The notes below the pieces were generated by a model, which saw only the letters and a list, made by a program, of their open reading frames with translations, was not told where the DNA came from and did no database searches. 64,000 bases of DNA from the NCBI GenBank assembly GCA_965226885.1, contig CBDDEL010000017.1, positions 96,001-160,000 on the forward strand, in the 5' to 3' direction. The position numbers and the translations under genes were made by a program. Of the stretch, positions 32,024 to 44,942 are shown in pieces. Position 1 is the stretch's first letter. Every line of letters starts with the position of its first letter. Origin of the DNA: Opitutales bacterium. Lineage in GTDB: Bacteria > Verrucomicrobiota > Verrucomicrobiia > Opitutales > UBA2987.

Positions 32024-32506
32024 TTGGCAATTCTGGTCCTTGATCAAAGCACAAAATACTGGGTGCAGGGGCACCCCGATCTCCCGTTGGGAAGTTATTG
32101 GCCGTATGGAGGAATCGAAATCGTGCCCGGATTTTTTTATTTGGTTCATGTGGTCAACGAAGGCGCGGCCTGGGGTATTTTGAAGGGATTTCATTACGGA
32201 TTTATCGTTCTGGCCTTTATGGCCCTAGGGGGTATTTACTATTTTAGGAATAGTTTGCTCCTGTATAAAAAATCCAGTCAAATCGCCTTCGGTTTACTTT
32301 GCGGAGGCATCCTGGGAAACCTCTGCGACCGGTTACGATGGGGCTTTGTAGTGGATTTTCTCGATTTTCATCTCCCCGGCTACCGCTGGCCCGCCTTCAA
32401 TATTGCCGACAGCGCCATAACCGTTGGGGTCGTCCTCTACATCATTTTGAATCTATTTTATTTCACCGGGCCGGAAGATAAAAAGAGCGATTCTCCTCCC
32501 CTGTAA
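32024..32506 (+). CDS. lspA: Lipoprotein signal peptidase II
   Basis: 'NEGAAWG', 'GNLCDR', 'VVDF', 'FNIADSAI'; true start may lie upstream. Confidence 0.95.
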   Translation: MAILVLDQSTKYWVQGHPDLPLGSYWPYGGIEIVPGFFYLVHVVNEGAAWGILKGFHYGFIVLAFMALGGIYYFRNSLLLYKKSSQIAFGLLCGGILGNLCDRLRWGFVVDFLDFHLPGYRWPAFNIADSAITVGVVLYIILNLFYFTGPEDKKSDSPPL

Positions 32507-32531
32507 ACATAGGTCGAACGGTGAGATGTTC

Positions 32532-34061
32532 TCAGGATTCCCCAATCCGGGAAGCCGCTGCAAAGGATTCTTTGAGGGTGGCATACAAGCTGCCATAGAG
32601 AGAATAATTTTCATTGTAACGACCGGCGTTTTCTCCCGGATTGACTTCATCCGTCACGCGAATCGCTTTATCGCAAGCATCTTCCACGGAAGAAAAAACT
32701 TCGATTCCCACTCCGGCCAGCAAGGCCGCCCCGTAGGCGGCTCCCTCCACCGTGTTGATCACCTGGATCGGAGTTTCAAATATATCGGCCATCAATTGAC
32801 GCCAAAACATGCTTTTGGCGCCTCCCCCCGAAGCCACGATCTGTTTGGAACGGCTGCCCAGATCGCGCATCAGCTCAAGGGAGTCCCGTAATCCAAAGGT
32901 TATGCCTTCCAGAACCGCGCGTGTCAAATGAGCCCGAGTGTGCCGGAGGGTTAATCCAAAAAATACTCCTCTGGCGTAATGATCGGGATGAGGGGTGCGC
33001 TCCCCGCTTAAATAGGGGAGGAATATCAAGCCTTCGCTCCCGGGAGTGATCTGGGCAGCCTCCTGCGTTAACAAATCATAGACATCCGTGCTGGTTTGCG
33101 CTTCTTTCTCCATCTCGGAACCGCACAGCGTATTGCGATACCATTGGAAACTGCCCGCCGCCGACAGCATAACCCCCATCATATGATACTTCCCCGGAAC
33201 CGCATGGCAAAAAGTATGAAGGCGTCCTTGCGGATCGGCCCGATACTCATCGGAATGGGCAAAAACGACCCCGGAAGTTCCCACCGTAACGGATACCTTT
33301 CCTTCCCTTACAATTCCGCACCCGATCGCCTGGGCTGCCTGATCGCCCCCGCCCGCCACGATGGGAGCGCCTTCGGCCAATCCGGTTAAGGCCGCCGCTT
33401 CCCGGCTGACCTTGGTCGAGACCACCGGCGATTCGGTCACCTCCGCCATCCAGTGGCGGGGGATGCCGCAGGCCTCCAGCATTTCCTCCGACCAATCGCG
33501 GCGCCCCACTTCCAGTAAGGACATCCCGGAAGCGTCGGAAACATCGGTGAAAAATTCTCCCGACAGACGATAACGGATATAATCCTTGGGCAGGAGCGCC
33601 TTGGCGGTTTGGGTAAAAACTTCCGGTTCATTCTCCCGCACCCAAACGATTTTCGGGGCCGTGAAACCGGGCAATATTGGGTTTCCCGTCAATTGAATGA
33701 CTCGCTCGGGGCCCACCGCATTAGTAATCGCCCGGCATTGGGCCCCCGTTCGCTGATCGTTCCACATGATGCACGGGCGCAATACCTTTCCGCTGCGGTC
33801 GAGCAGCACGAGCCCATGCATCTGCCCGGTTAAACCAATTCCTACGATCTCGCTCCCGGAGATTCCTGCGGTTTCGATAACGCTTTTGATTCCGGTAATG
33901 GCCGCCTGCCACCAGTCCTCCGGATTGGACTCAGCCCAGAGCGGTTTGGGGGTAACAAATTCATGAACCGGCGAAGCGACCGCCGCCACCTCCCCGGATT
34001 CATGCAGAAGCAACGCCTTGACGGAGGAGGTTCCTATATCGAGTCCAAGCAGATAAGCCAT
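32532..34061 (-). CDS. xylB: Xylulokinase
   Basis: 'GLDIGTSS', 'TGQMHG', 'WNDQRT', 'GERTPH'; follows xylA. Confidence 0.95.
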   Translation of the reverse strand: MAYLLGLDIGTSSVKALLLHESGEVAAVASPVHEFVTPKPLWAESNPEDWWQAAITGIKSVIETAGISGSEIVGIGLTGQMHGLVLLDRSGKVLRPCIMWNDQRTGAQCRAITNAVGPERVIQLTGNPILPGFTAPKIVWVRENEPEVFTQTAKALLPKDYIRYRLSGEFFTDVSDASGMSLLEVGRRDWSEEMLEACGIPRHWMAEVTESPVVSTKVSREAAALTGLAEGAPIVAGGGDQAAQAIGCGIVREGKVSVTVGTSGVVFAHSDEYRADPQGRLHTFCHAVPGKYHMMGVMLSAAGSFQWYRNTLCGSEMEKEAQTSTDVYDLLTQEAAQITPGSEGLIFLPYLSGERTPHPDHYARGVFFGLTLRHTRAHLTRAVLEGITFGLRDSLELMRDLGSRSKQIVASGGGAKSMFWRQLMADIFETPIQVINTVEGAAYGAALLAGVGIEVFSSVEDACDKAIRVTDEVNPGENAGRYNENYSLYGSLYATLKESFAAASRIGES

Positions 34062-34103
34062 TTTTTGATGAATGAGTTTTTGGCAAAAATTTAGCCCATA
34101 CGC

Positions 34104-35422
34104 TCAAATAAACTCATTAATCAAGTTTTCGAGCATTTCCTGACGGCCTGAAACATTGACCGGTTCGTCTTTTTCGAGGGCATATTTTTCCAGTTCCTCA
34201 AAATTCGCTTCTCCCGCCTCAATGGAGGCTCCAATCCCTGCATCCCAGGTTTGATAACGCTCTTTGACAAATTCGGCCAAACGGCCGTCCTCACGTATGG
34301 CGTGGGCGATTTTGAGTCCGCGGGCAAAGGCGTCCATGCCCCCGATATGAGCATGAAAAAGATCCACCGGTTCGAAAGACTCCCGTCGCCGTTTGGCGTC
34401 AAAGTTCAATCCGCCCGAGGTAAGGCCGCCCATCCCCAGCACGATCAGCATAATCTGCGTGGTCAGGTAAATATCGGTCGGAAATTGATCGGTGTCCCAG
34501 CCGAGAAAAAGGTTGCCCGTGTTGGCGTCAACGCTGCCGAGAGCGCCGGCATTGGCCGCCACCGTCAGGTCGTGCTCCATGGTGTGCCCGGCAAGGGTCG
34601 CATGGTTGGTTTCAATGTTCAATTTAAAGTGGTCTAAAAGGTCGTATTCTCGCAAAAAATTCAAACATGCCGCCGCGTCGGAGTCATATTGATGGGTGGT
34701 TGGCTCCATCGGTTTAGGTTCGATATAAAATTGCCCCTCAAAGCCGATTTGTTTTTTCCAGTCCACGGCCATGTGCAGAAATTTTGCCAAGTGGTCGCGT
34801 TCGCGCTTCATGTCGGTGTTGAGCAAAGAGCCGTAGCCTTCGCGACCGCCCCAAAAGGTATAACCAAGCCCGCCCAGTTCATGGGTGACCTCCATTGCTT
34901 TTTTCACCTGGGCGGCGGCATAGGCGAAGACATCCGCATTGCAACTGGTGGCGGCTCCGTGCACATATCTGGGGTGCGTGAAGAGACTGGCCGTTCCCCA
35001 CAGCAATTTCTTGCCGGTTCGCTCCTGTTCCTCCTTTAAAGTTTCCACCACAAGATCGAGATTCCTGTTGGTCTCGGCCAGGGAATCGCCCTCGGGCGCC
35101 ACATCGCGGTCGTGAAAACAGTAATAATCTACCCCCAGTTTTTCCAAAAACTCGAAAAATACGTGAACTCGCTGACGAGCGTTGTCAACCGACTCGGAAC
35201 CATCGTCCCAAGGCGTTTGGGCGGTCCCGGCCCCAAAAGGATCCGACAATGGGTTTCGCATCGTATGCCAATAGGCTACGAGGCTACGGCAAAACGCAAG
35301 TGGTCCTTCATTGGTTGTTCTGCAACCAATTCCCCGGCGTCATAATGCTTGAAGGAAAGCGGATTTCTGGAAACAAACCCCTCGTAATTTATTTTCCCAA
35401 CGTCAAAATAACTCTGATTCAT
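34104..35422 (-). pseudogene. xylA: Xylose isomerase, frameshifted by an 8-bp tandem duplication
   Basis: ATG at 35422 'MNQSYFDVGKINYEG...LRFAVA'; AGGCTACG duplicated at 35273-35288; removal restores 'FAVAYWHT' and a 436-aa ORF with 'FHDRD', 'FWGGREG', 'IEPKP'. Confidence 0.93.
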
Positions 35423-35498
35423 TTCCTCTTCCTATCTCTATGGAATGCGGCCGATACACTCGATAATCAATAATCTTTTAAAAGTTGGGTTTCGCTTT

Positions 35499-35993
35499 TC
35501 AAATAATCAGTTTTAATTGCTCCTTTGCTTTGAGGAGTGTTTCGGGGGAGATTTCCATGTTGGGCACTTCAAATTCCGTTTCGGTATTACGCAAGATGTA
35601 GGTTCGGGAGTCTGCTCCTCCTTGTCGAGCGATGGGTTTGAGGATTCTTTTTCTTTCCAGTATCAGGGCGAGCAGGTATTTAAGGATGGCGCTATCCTCG
35701 GTTTGGCCGGTTTCGTCCTCAGCTTCATACAAGGATAGAAAAAGTTCCTCGGTCGTTTTAAGAGCCGCCTGGCGGGCTTGCGCTTCCGATTCGGAGGGTT
35801 TGATCAGGTGCCCCCACCAACCGACAACAGAGCCGGAAGGATTGAAGTTTTCCGCTTCTTCGGCCAGAACATCGGCTCTCAGCAATTCGCCTTCCTCATT
35901 TTTGTAGAGGTAACTGACAACCTTTTGGTCCGGTTCCAACGGTTTGCCGGAAGCATGAGAATGCTTTGAAAGGGTCTTTACTCTCCAATCCAT
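35499..35993 (-). CDS. Hypothetical protein
   Basis: 164-aa ORF with protein-like composition ('LALILERKRILK'). Confidence 0.75.
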   Translation of the reverse strand: MDWRVKTLSKHSHASGKPLEPDQKVVSYLYKNEEGELLRADVLAEEAENFNPSGSVVGWWGHLIKPSESEAQARQAALKTTEELFLSLYEAEDETGQTEDSAILKYLLALILERKRILKPIARQGGADSRTYILRNTETEFEVPNMEISPETLLKAKEQLKLII

Positions 35994-36097
35994 ATTTGTC
36001 TACATTTCAATGTTCGTGGCAGGGTAGTAAAGACCAATCGGGCTCAAATCTTAAAATTTTCCTGCCATCGTTAAAATTTCAGTTTTAATCCAGACCA

Positions 36098-36664
36098 ATG
36101 ACAACGACAAATGCCAGTATAAAAGAATCGACCGCCTTTCTTCTGGTCGATGTGCAAACCGTATTCTCCCGTGTGTTGCACGGGTATGATGAGCTTGTCC
36201 GGCGGTGCCGGTTCGCGCTGGAGGCGGCGACATTGTTGCAATTGCCGGTTTTTATCTCAGAACAGGTTCCGGAAAAACTGGGAGCGACCCAACCCGAGCT
36301 GGTGGAAGCCGCCCCCGAGGCGAAAATATACACCAAAACGGCATTTTCCGCCCTCAAGGCGGAGGGTCTCCACCTTTCCCTGCAAGAGCAAAATATACAA
36401 CACCTTCTCGTGGGGGGACTGGAAACGCCGGTCTGTATTTACCAAACCGTTGTCGATGCCCTCAGGGCCGGTTACCAGGTCACGCTGCTGACCGATTGCC
36501 TGGGGTGCCGCCGGGAAGATGACGGCAGGGCGGTGATTGATCTTTTAAGTCGGGAAAAATCCTGCCATCCACTCCCTTCCGAAGCCGTCTTTTACAATCT
36601 CTTGGGCGATGCCAAGGCGCCCGCTTTCCGCGCCTATACGGGTTTGGTCAAGAAGTACAGCTAA
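36098..36664 (+). CDS. Isochorismatase-family cysteine hydrolase
   Basis: 'LVDVQ', 'SEQVPEKLG', 'KTAFS', 'ETPVCIYQT'. Confidence 0.9.
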   Translation: MTTTNASIKESTAFLLVDVQTVFSRVLHGYDELVRRCRFALEAATLLQLPVFISEQVPEKLGATQPELVEAAPEAKIYTKTAFSALKAEGLHLSLQEQNIQHLLVGGLETPVCIYQTVVDALRAGYQVTLLTDCLGCRREDDGRAVIDLLSREKSCHPLPSEAVFYNLLGDAKAPAFRAYTGLVKKYS

Positions 36665-36667
36665 ATA

Positions 36668-38053
36668 TTGCGCTTTTTGGACATGACTCATTCAACACCA
36701 TCGCAGGCCGATTTTCCCCCTGAATATTCTCAGGAGGAATTGCACGACTGGCCCAGAGATGATTATGCGAAACTCGACGGCAGGCGGCTGGCGGCCAGCT
36801 CGCCGGTCGTGGTGGCTCATTTCCTGGAACGCATGGATGTGGACGACCGCCGCCTTGTTTTGCGGAAATTGCAAGAGGGGGAGGCCACCGATATTCTATC
36901 GGAAATGGATGCCGAAGATTCCGCCGAGGTGGTCGGCGCCATGAACGAGGATCGCGCGGTCAAGATTTTGCAGGAATTCGACCCGGACGATGCCGCCGAC
37001 ATAGTGGCGGAGCTGGACAAGGAAGACCGCGACCGCTTGCTGGACCGAATGGAGCCGGAGAGCGCCGAGAAACTGAAAGCTTTGATGGCTTACGATCCGG
37101 ACACGGCCGGAGGTATCATGACGCCGGAATTTGCCACCATTCTCCCCACCATGACGGTGAACGAGGCCATTGAAAGAATTCGTATGCTGCAAGAGGAATT
37201 CGAGGACATCTACTACATCTACGCCGTTGACGAAGCAATGAAACTGCTGGGAATCGTCTCCATGCGGGATTTGATATTGGCCCCTCCAGAGCGAAAAATT
37301 GGCTACATCATGAACACTCATGTCAAAGGCATCTGCCATCCTGATATGGACCGGGAAGAGGTTTCCCTAACCATCGCCGAATTCAATCTCCTTTCCCTTC
37401 CGGTAGTCGATGAAGCCGGAACCCTGTTGGGCATTGTCACTATCGACGACGCCATGGACGTGGTTCAGGACGAGGCCACCGAGGACATGCAAAAGCTCGT
37501 CGGGGCCGGGGCAGATGAGGATATCCATGATGACATTGGCTACAGTGTTCGCCGTAGGCACCCTTGGCTTCAAGTCAACCTTTTCACCGCCTTCATGGCC
37601 GCGGGAGTGGTCTATTTTTATCAGAAACAGATTGAGCAACTTACTATCCTGGCGGTCTTCATGCCGGTAATGGCCAGCATGGGCGGCAATGCAGGAGCGC
37701 AAACTTTGGCCGTGGCCATTCGCAGCATCGCTCTGGCCCAAGTGCAGGAACACGATGGGCTGCGCATCTGCTCCAAGGAACTGGTCATGGGGCTGCTCAA
37801 TGGTTTGCTCACTGGAGTGATAGCAGCCGCAGTGGCCTATTGGGTCACGGGAGAGGAAATGATCGCCATTGTCGTAATTGTCGCAATGGTCCTGAACATG
37901 GGATTGGCCGGGCTGGCCGGCGCATTTATTCCCCTTTTCCTGAAAAAAATGAAACTCGATCCGGCGCAAAGTTCATCCATATTTTTAACCACCGTAACCG
38001 ATGTGGCCGGCTTTTTTGTTTTTCTCAGCCTGGGCTCTTTTCTTTTGCTTTAG
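36668..38053 (+). CDS. mgtE: Magnesium transporter MgtE
   Basis: 'TAGGIMT', CBS pair, 'MGGNAGAQ', 'DPA...TTVTDVAG'. Confidence 0.95.
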   Translation: MRFLDMTHSTPSQADFPPEYSQEELHDWPRDDYAKLDGRRLAASSPVVVAHFLERMDVDDRRLVLRKLQEGEATDILSEMDAEDSAEVVGAMNEDRAVKILQEFDPDDAADIVAELDKEDRDRLLDRMEPESAEKLKALMAYDPDTAGGIMTPEFATILPTMTVNEAIERIRMLQEEFEDIYYIYAVDEAMKLLGIVSMRDLILAPPERKIGYIMNTHVKGICHPDMDREEVSLTIAEFNLLSLPVVDEAGTLLGIVTIDDAMDVVQDEATEDMQKLVGAGADEDIHDDIGYSVRRRHPWLQVNLFTAFMAAGVVYFYQKQIEQLTILAVFMPVMASMGGNAGAQTLAVAIRSIALAQVQEHDGLRICSKELVMGLLNGLLTGVIAAAVAYWVTGEEMIAIVVIVAMVLNMGLAGLAGAFIPLFLKKMKLDPAQSSSIFLTTVTDVAGFFVFLSLGSFLLL

Positions 38054-38116
38054 AAAAATTTGTCCTGATACTTTTTACACCGGCACACCGGCAATCCGGC
38101 CCAAGGCCCCTGGCCC

Positions 38117-39142
38117 ATGAACCCATCGCATAAAAATTACACCACCGTGGCCGACCTCAAGGGCCTCGGGGAAGACCAGAATGTTCCTTTTGAAGGTGTT
38201 TTCCTTTTGCGCGAGGCTGCTTTGAAAACGGCCCGCAACGGTTCCGAATTTCTCTCCGTGGATTTGGGCGACAAAACCGGCACTTTCCACTTCGTCTGCT
38301 TTAGCGACACTGCCGTGTTTCTTTTCTTTCATGATGCTCCGGTGGAATCAATCGTCCGGGTTCAGGGTATGACCGAGTACTACCAGAATCGCTTCTCACC
38401 CCGCGTCCAGTTCGCCGAAGTGGTTTCGGAGGAAGAAGTTGAATCGCAAAGTCTCCTCAATCACCTGATTGCTTCCAGTAGCGAAGACCGGGAGGAAATG
38501 TGGGCCGAATTGCTTGATTTCTGCCAGGTAATAAAACATGAAGCGCTGAGGGCCGCAGTTATCCAGGCCATCTCTGAAATGGAAGGCAGGTTTAAAACCT
38601 GCGCCGCTGCCATAGCCATGCATCATGCCTACCGGGGTGGGCTTTTAGAGCACACCGTCCATCTTTGCCGGGCCTGCCAGGCCCTCCTGCCCCACTATCC
38701 CGATGTTGACCCGGACCTGGCCCTGAGCGGCCTGATTTTACACGATGTGGGCAAAATGCTGGAATACGAGGGCGAAAGGGTGACCAGGAAAAGCCGCCAG
38801 GGGATATTGCAAGGTCATGTCGTGCTGGGCTATCGGATGGCCCGTAAAGCGGCCCTGCAAAACAAGCTAGAACCCGAACTTCGGGACAGGTTGGAGCACA
38901 TCATTCTCAGCCACCAGGGCCAGTTGGAATGGGGAGCCGCCGTTTTAGCCGCCACTCCCGAGGCGGTTTTCGTCTCCATGCTGGATAATCTCGACGCAAA
39001 AATGGGGATGGTCCAACAAGCCCTCCGGGAAGCTCCCGAAGACGCCGATTTTTCCGGTTACATGCCTGGATTGGGAGGAGCCGTATTGGTTGAACCGCCC
39101 CCGGCCCCGCGGCCAGCGCCCGAGGGTGAAGCTGACGGATAA
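38117..39142 (+). CDS. OB-fold/HD-domain 3'-5' exoribonuclease (YhaM family)
   Basis: 'DKTG' OB fold, 'HHAYRGGLLEH', 'LHDVGK', 'HIILSH'. Confidence 0.9.
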   Translation: MNPSHKNYTTVADLKGLGEDQNVPFEGVFLLREAALKTARNGSEFLSVDLGDKTGTFHFVCFSDTAVFLFFHDAPVESIVRVQGMTEYYQNRFSPRVQFAEVVSEEEVESQSLLNHLIASSSEDREEMWAELLDFCQVIKHEALRAAVIQAISEMEGRFKTCAAAIAMHHAYRGGLLEHTVHLCRACQALLPHYPDVDPDLALSGLILHDVGKMLEYEGERVTRKSRQGILQGHVVLGYRMARKAALQNKLEPELRDRLEHIILSHQGQLEWGAAVLAATPEAVFVSMLDNLDAKMGMVQQALREAPEDADFSGYMPGLGGAVLVEPPPAPRPAPEGEADG

Positions 39143-39180
39143 ACTGAGTTTACCTGCCTGAGCGTAATGCAAACTAATCG

Positions 39181-39858
39181 TTATCGGACGAGCTTCATCT
39201 GGTTGTTTTCGATAACAACCTGGCTTAATTGGGACCAATTGGGGTTGAGCGCGTCGTATTCTTCACTCTGCAAGAATTTGGACGCCAAAAGATTGAATAC
39301 AATGTCGGGCAAACCGGCAAATTTCGGAATGAGACATGTGCCGATGTACCCGGACTCGGCCTTAAATTTATTGACCCCGGATTCGTTCACAAAATTCCCT
39401 TTGGCCTGGTAAAGGAACTTTTTGCCCTCGCCCAGAATGGGTATGCCCAGTCGGGCAGAAACCTGCAATTGATCGTCTGCGAATCGGAAATTGGGGGTTT
39501 CGGGAACCATGGAAATTTTCGAGAGTAGGCCGCCCTCCCCGTCTGTTTGGGGATTCGGTTTGAAGGTCGATTTGGCCCAGCGGTTTAATTCACCTTCGTT
39601 CAACGTCCTGGTGCCGCTCTGCCCGCTTGCCAGAAAAGTTTTCTTTTGCTTCCAGGTATTGCCAGCTTTGTCCCCTCCGCTGATGAAATAAACAGTCTTG
39701 GGAACGCGCTCCTCTTCCGGCGGGATCTCCTTGACCACTGAAACCGGTAAAATGATGAGATTGGCCGCAGCCAACACTCCACCGATAATGATGCTTAATA
39801 TCGCTGCCACAATGGGCGCGCCCAAACCGGGACCCGATGCTTCTTCTTTTTTAGCCAT
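39181..39858 (-). CDS. Hypothetical membrane-anchored protein
   Basis: 225-aa ORF with an N-terminal TM helix; co-oriented in a three-gene run. Confidence 0.75.
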   Translation of the reverse strand: MAKKEEASGPGLGAPIVAAILSIIIGGVLAAANLIILPVSVVKEIPPEEERVPKTVYFISGGDKAGNTWKQKKTFLASGQSGTRTLNEGELNRWAKSTFKPNPQTDGEGGLLSKISMVPETPNFRFADDQLQVSARLGIPILGEGKKFLYQAKGNFVNESGVNKFKAESGYIGTCLIPKFAGLPDIVFNLLASKFLQSEEYDALNPNWSQLSQVVIENNQMKLVR

Positions 39859-39879
39859 GGTATATTGCCTCCAATCAAG

Positions 39880-40215
39880 TCAAGATTTAGCGCCTACTCC
39901 CGAGGAGCTGGTCTCGTTTTTGGATTTCGATTTGGATTCTGAACTGCCTGAAGTGGCCGCTTTAGATTCCGTTGCGCCGGATTCTTTCTTTTTAACCTCT
40001 TTGTGGGCAGATTCCGATTTCTTGTCGGAACTGTTTTTGTAATCGGTCTGGTAAAAACCGCTGCCTTTGAAAATGATTCCGGCACCGACTCCGATGCGGC
40101 GTTCCAGCGTATCCAATTCACAGGAGGGGCACCGGGTAAGCCGTTCTGCCGTAATCGAGTGGAATATCTCGAATTCCTCCTCACAGGATTTGCAATGATA
40201 ATCGTAGGTTGGCAT
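39880..40215 (-). CDS. FmdB-family zinc-ribbon protein
   Basis: 'MPTYDYHCKSC...CPSC...FKGSGFYQTDY'. Confidence 0.92.
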   Translation of the reverse strand: MPTYDYHCKSCEEEFEIFHSITAERLTRCPSCELDTLERRIGVGAGIIFKGSGFYQTDYKNSSDKKSESAHKEVKKKESGATESKAATSGSSESKSKSKNETSSSGVGAKS

Positions 40216-40239
40216 AGCTCTATATATCTACTGAAAAAA

Positions 40240-40890
40240 TCAATCCGCTGACGCATCTCTCTGCTTTTCCAAAAGACCAAAGAGGATCGTGAAATAGGCC
40301 AGAAGGATGGAAAAGCCAAGGAAAAAGGCAAACCCATAAAGAGGAGCGCCCACAATCATCAGACCGACAAAAAAAAGTGAGGGGAATATTATGGATTTCC
40401 ATCCCGCCAGTAGCATTCGCAATATGGCGTCCAGCCGGAGCAAATCCTGGATATTGTTTCGCGATTGATAGAGATAGAGAGCCGCCGCGCTGCAAGGCGG
40501 GGCCAGCAAAAGAGGCAGCCCCACGGGTAGCAGGCGGAAAAAGGCGTCCAGCCAGCCTTGCAAAAAAGAACTCAACAGGCCGAAAAGGATGAAACTTGCC
40601 AGGTTATACAGACTCCAGCCGATCGCTCCCGCCACCAGGGAAAAGGCCATCAAAAGGACAAAAAGAAGCAGACCCTCGACAAATAACTTGCCCAGCCTCA
40701 ACCACCAACGCTCCAGGCTCGGCAAAACCAGGTTTCCCGATTTTCGGATTTGAAGAGTGTATTCCTGCAAATACCCAAGAATGACAATATTCAATATGGG
40801 CACAAAACTGATCAATCCGCCAACGAGCAATTTGCTGGCAAACCGCTTGTCAGCCATTATCCGCTGGCTAATCTCCTCAAAATTCGGCAT
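40240..40890 (-). CDS. DUF4013-like membrane protein
   Basis: 'KLLVGGLISFVPILNIVILGY...LP'. Confidence 0.75.
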   Translation of the reverse strand: MPNFEEISQRIMADKRFASKLLVGGLISFVPILNIVILGYLQEYTLQIRKSGNLVLPSLERWWLRLGKLFVEGLLLFVLLMAFSLVAGAIGWSLYNLASFILFGLLSSFLQGWLDAFFRLLPVGLPLLLAPPCSAAALYLYQSRNNIQDLLRLDAILRMLLAGWKSIIFPSLFFVGLMIVGAPLYGFAFFLGFSILLAYFTILFGLLEKQRDASAD

Positions 40891-40995
40891 GTCTTTCAGC
40901 AGTAGAATCCAAAACGAGATTCAAGCAAATCGCCAATACATGAAAAAGCAAATCATAAACGGGACTCCGAAACTGGAACAAATTTCTTTTGCGAT

Positions 40996-41874
40996 ATGAA
41001 TTTTGAGGAAACTTATGAAACTTACCGCCTGCAGGTGGAAGCGGGTATGGAAAAATGGATGCCGCCGACGGATGAACGCCCAGCCCTCTTGCATCAGGCC
41101 ATGCGCTACAGTCTGGAGGCCGGTGGCAAGAGGATCCGCCCGGTCCTCCTTCTGGCCGGATGCCATCTTGGCGCCTCGACGGTTGACCCTATCCCGGCCG
41201 CCGTGGCGGTCGAATGCCTGCACACCTACTCGCTCATCCACGACGATTTGCCAGCAATGGACGACAGCGATCTGCGCCGTGGCCGCCCTTCCTGCCATGT
41301 GCAGTTCGACGAAGCCACCGCCGTTCTGGCCGGCGACGCCCTTCTCACGCACGTATTCTGGCTCCTGGCCGATGCCTATGCCGACCACCCCTCGCTGGCC
41401 GTCGCCCTTATCCGGGAACTCTCCCACGCGGGCGGCAGCCGCAAACTGATCGGGGGCCAAATGGAAGACATTATCCATGAAAAGACCGATTGCACGGCCG
41501 AGCAGCTCGACTATATTCACCTCAACAAAACGGCTGCCCTGATATCGGCGGCATTATCCATGGGGGTGGCCATCTCCCCAGTGGATGGGAAAAATTTGCC
41601 TACAGCGCGGCGGTTGGGGCAAAACCTGGGGCTGGCCTTCCAGATTATCGACGATATTCTGGACGCCACCAGCACATCCGAGAAACTGGGCAAAACTGCC
41701 GGTCAAGACTCCGTTAACCAGAAAAACACCTATGTAAAACTGCACGGCCTGGAAAAATCCAGGCAAAAGGCTGCTGAAACAACCGCCGAGGCATTGCAGG
41801 ACTGCCGAAAACTGGAAGGAGACACCCGTTTCCTCATCGCCCTCATCGAATGGATGGAGCTCAGGCTGCATTAA
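40996..41874 (+). CDS. ispA: Polyprenyl (farnesyl/geranylgeranyl) diphosphate synthase
   Basis: 'GGKRIRP', 'HDDLPAMDDSDLRRG', 'FQIIDDILD'. Confidence 0.92.
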   Translation: MNFEETYETYRLQVEAGMEKWMPPTDERPALLHQAMRYSLEAGGKRIRPVLLLAGCHLGASTVDPIPAAVAVECLHTYSLIHDDLPAMDDSDLRRGRPSCHVQFDEATAVLAGDALLTHVFWLLADAYADHPSLAVALIRELSHAGGSRKLIGGQMEDIIHEKTDCTAEQLDYIHLNKTAALISAALSMGVAISPVDGKNLPTARRLGQNLGLAFQIIDDILDATSTSEKLGKTAGQDSVNQKNTYVKLHGLEKSRQKAAETTAEALQDCRKLEGDTRFLIALIEWMELRLH

Positions 41875-41939
41875 CAAGAAGGAGAAAAAGAGGTGTCAGG
41901 TGTCTTAAATTCTGTCTCCTATCTACTATCTCCACCGCT

Positions 41940-44234
<2,295 letters not shown>

Positions 44235-44353
44235 GGTCCGGAGCCGGAAAGAATTAGAAAATAAAAGTCCAATATTACTTGCTTTGAATGGAAAGCTGAG
44301 CTATTCTCAATTTAGTCTCATTAAAAATAAGTGAAGAAAGAATCTTGCATACC

Positions 44354-44839
44354 ATGAAAGCCGAAGACCGTAGAAAGTCCAGAGAGACCTTCAAAGAATT
44401 CCTCACTCAAAAGGGTTTGCGGATGACTAACCAGCGAACGGCCATCTTTGACGCCGTGTTCAATCAAAAGGAACATTTTACGGCGGAAGACCTGCTCGAT
44501 TTTTCGCGGGGGCTCGACCGCTCGGTATCTCGCGCCACGGTTTACCGAACCCTTCCCATTTTGACCGAAGGCGGCCTGGTGAAGGAAATCGATGTCGGGC
44601 GGGACTACAAGTTCTACCTGGCCAACAGGGGCCAAAAAACTGAACAGGCCCAGGTTATTTGCCAGGATTGTGAAAAAATATTTGAAATCGAAGCACCATT
44701 CATGGAATGGTATGCGCGCTCGGTGGCCCAAAAAGTCGGCCTGGAACCGATCAGCCAGCGGTTGCAGGTTCACGCCGGATGCACCCATTTAAAAAAGGAC
44801 GGAAACTGCCCAAACAAAGAATCAAACGCATATAAATAA
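44354..44839 (+). CDS. Fur-family transcriptional regulator (atypical metal site)
   Basis: 'HFTAEDL', 'SRATVYRTL', CQDC. Confidence 0.9.
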   Translation: MKAEDRRKSRETFKEFLTQKGLRMTNQRTAIFDAVFNQKEHFTAEDLLDFSRGLDRSVSRATVYRTLPILTEGGLVKEIDVGRDYKFYLANRGQKTEQAQVICQDCEKIFEIEAPFMEWYARSVAQKVGLEPISQRLQVHAGCTHLKKDGNCPNKESNAYK

Positions 44840-44942
44840 AAGGAAGAAGCCAGAATGTAATTAACCTGACGCCTCTTTCCAGTATCCCGACACCATCTAA
44901 AATAATTTTGGAAAATATTGTCCGCAAGCATTATACTTTACA

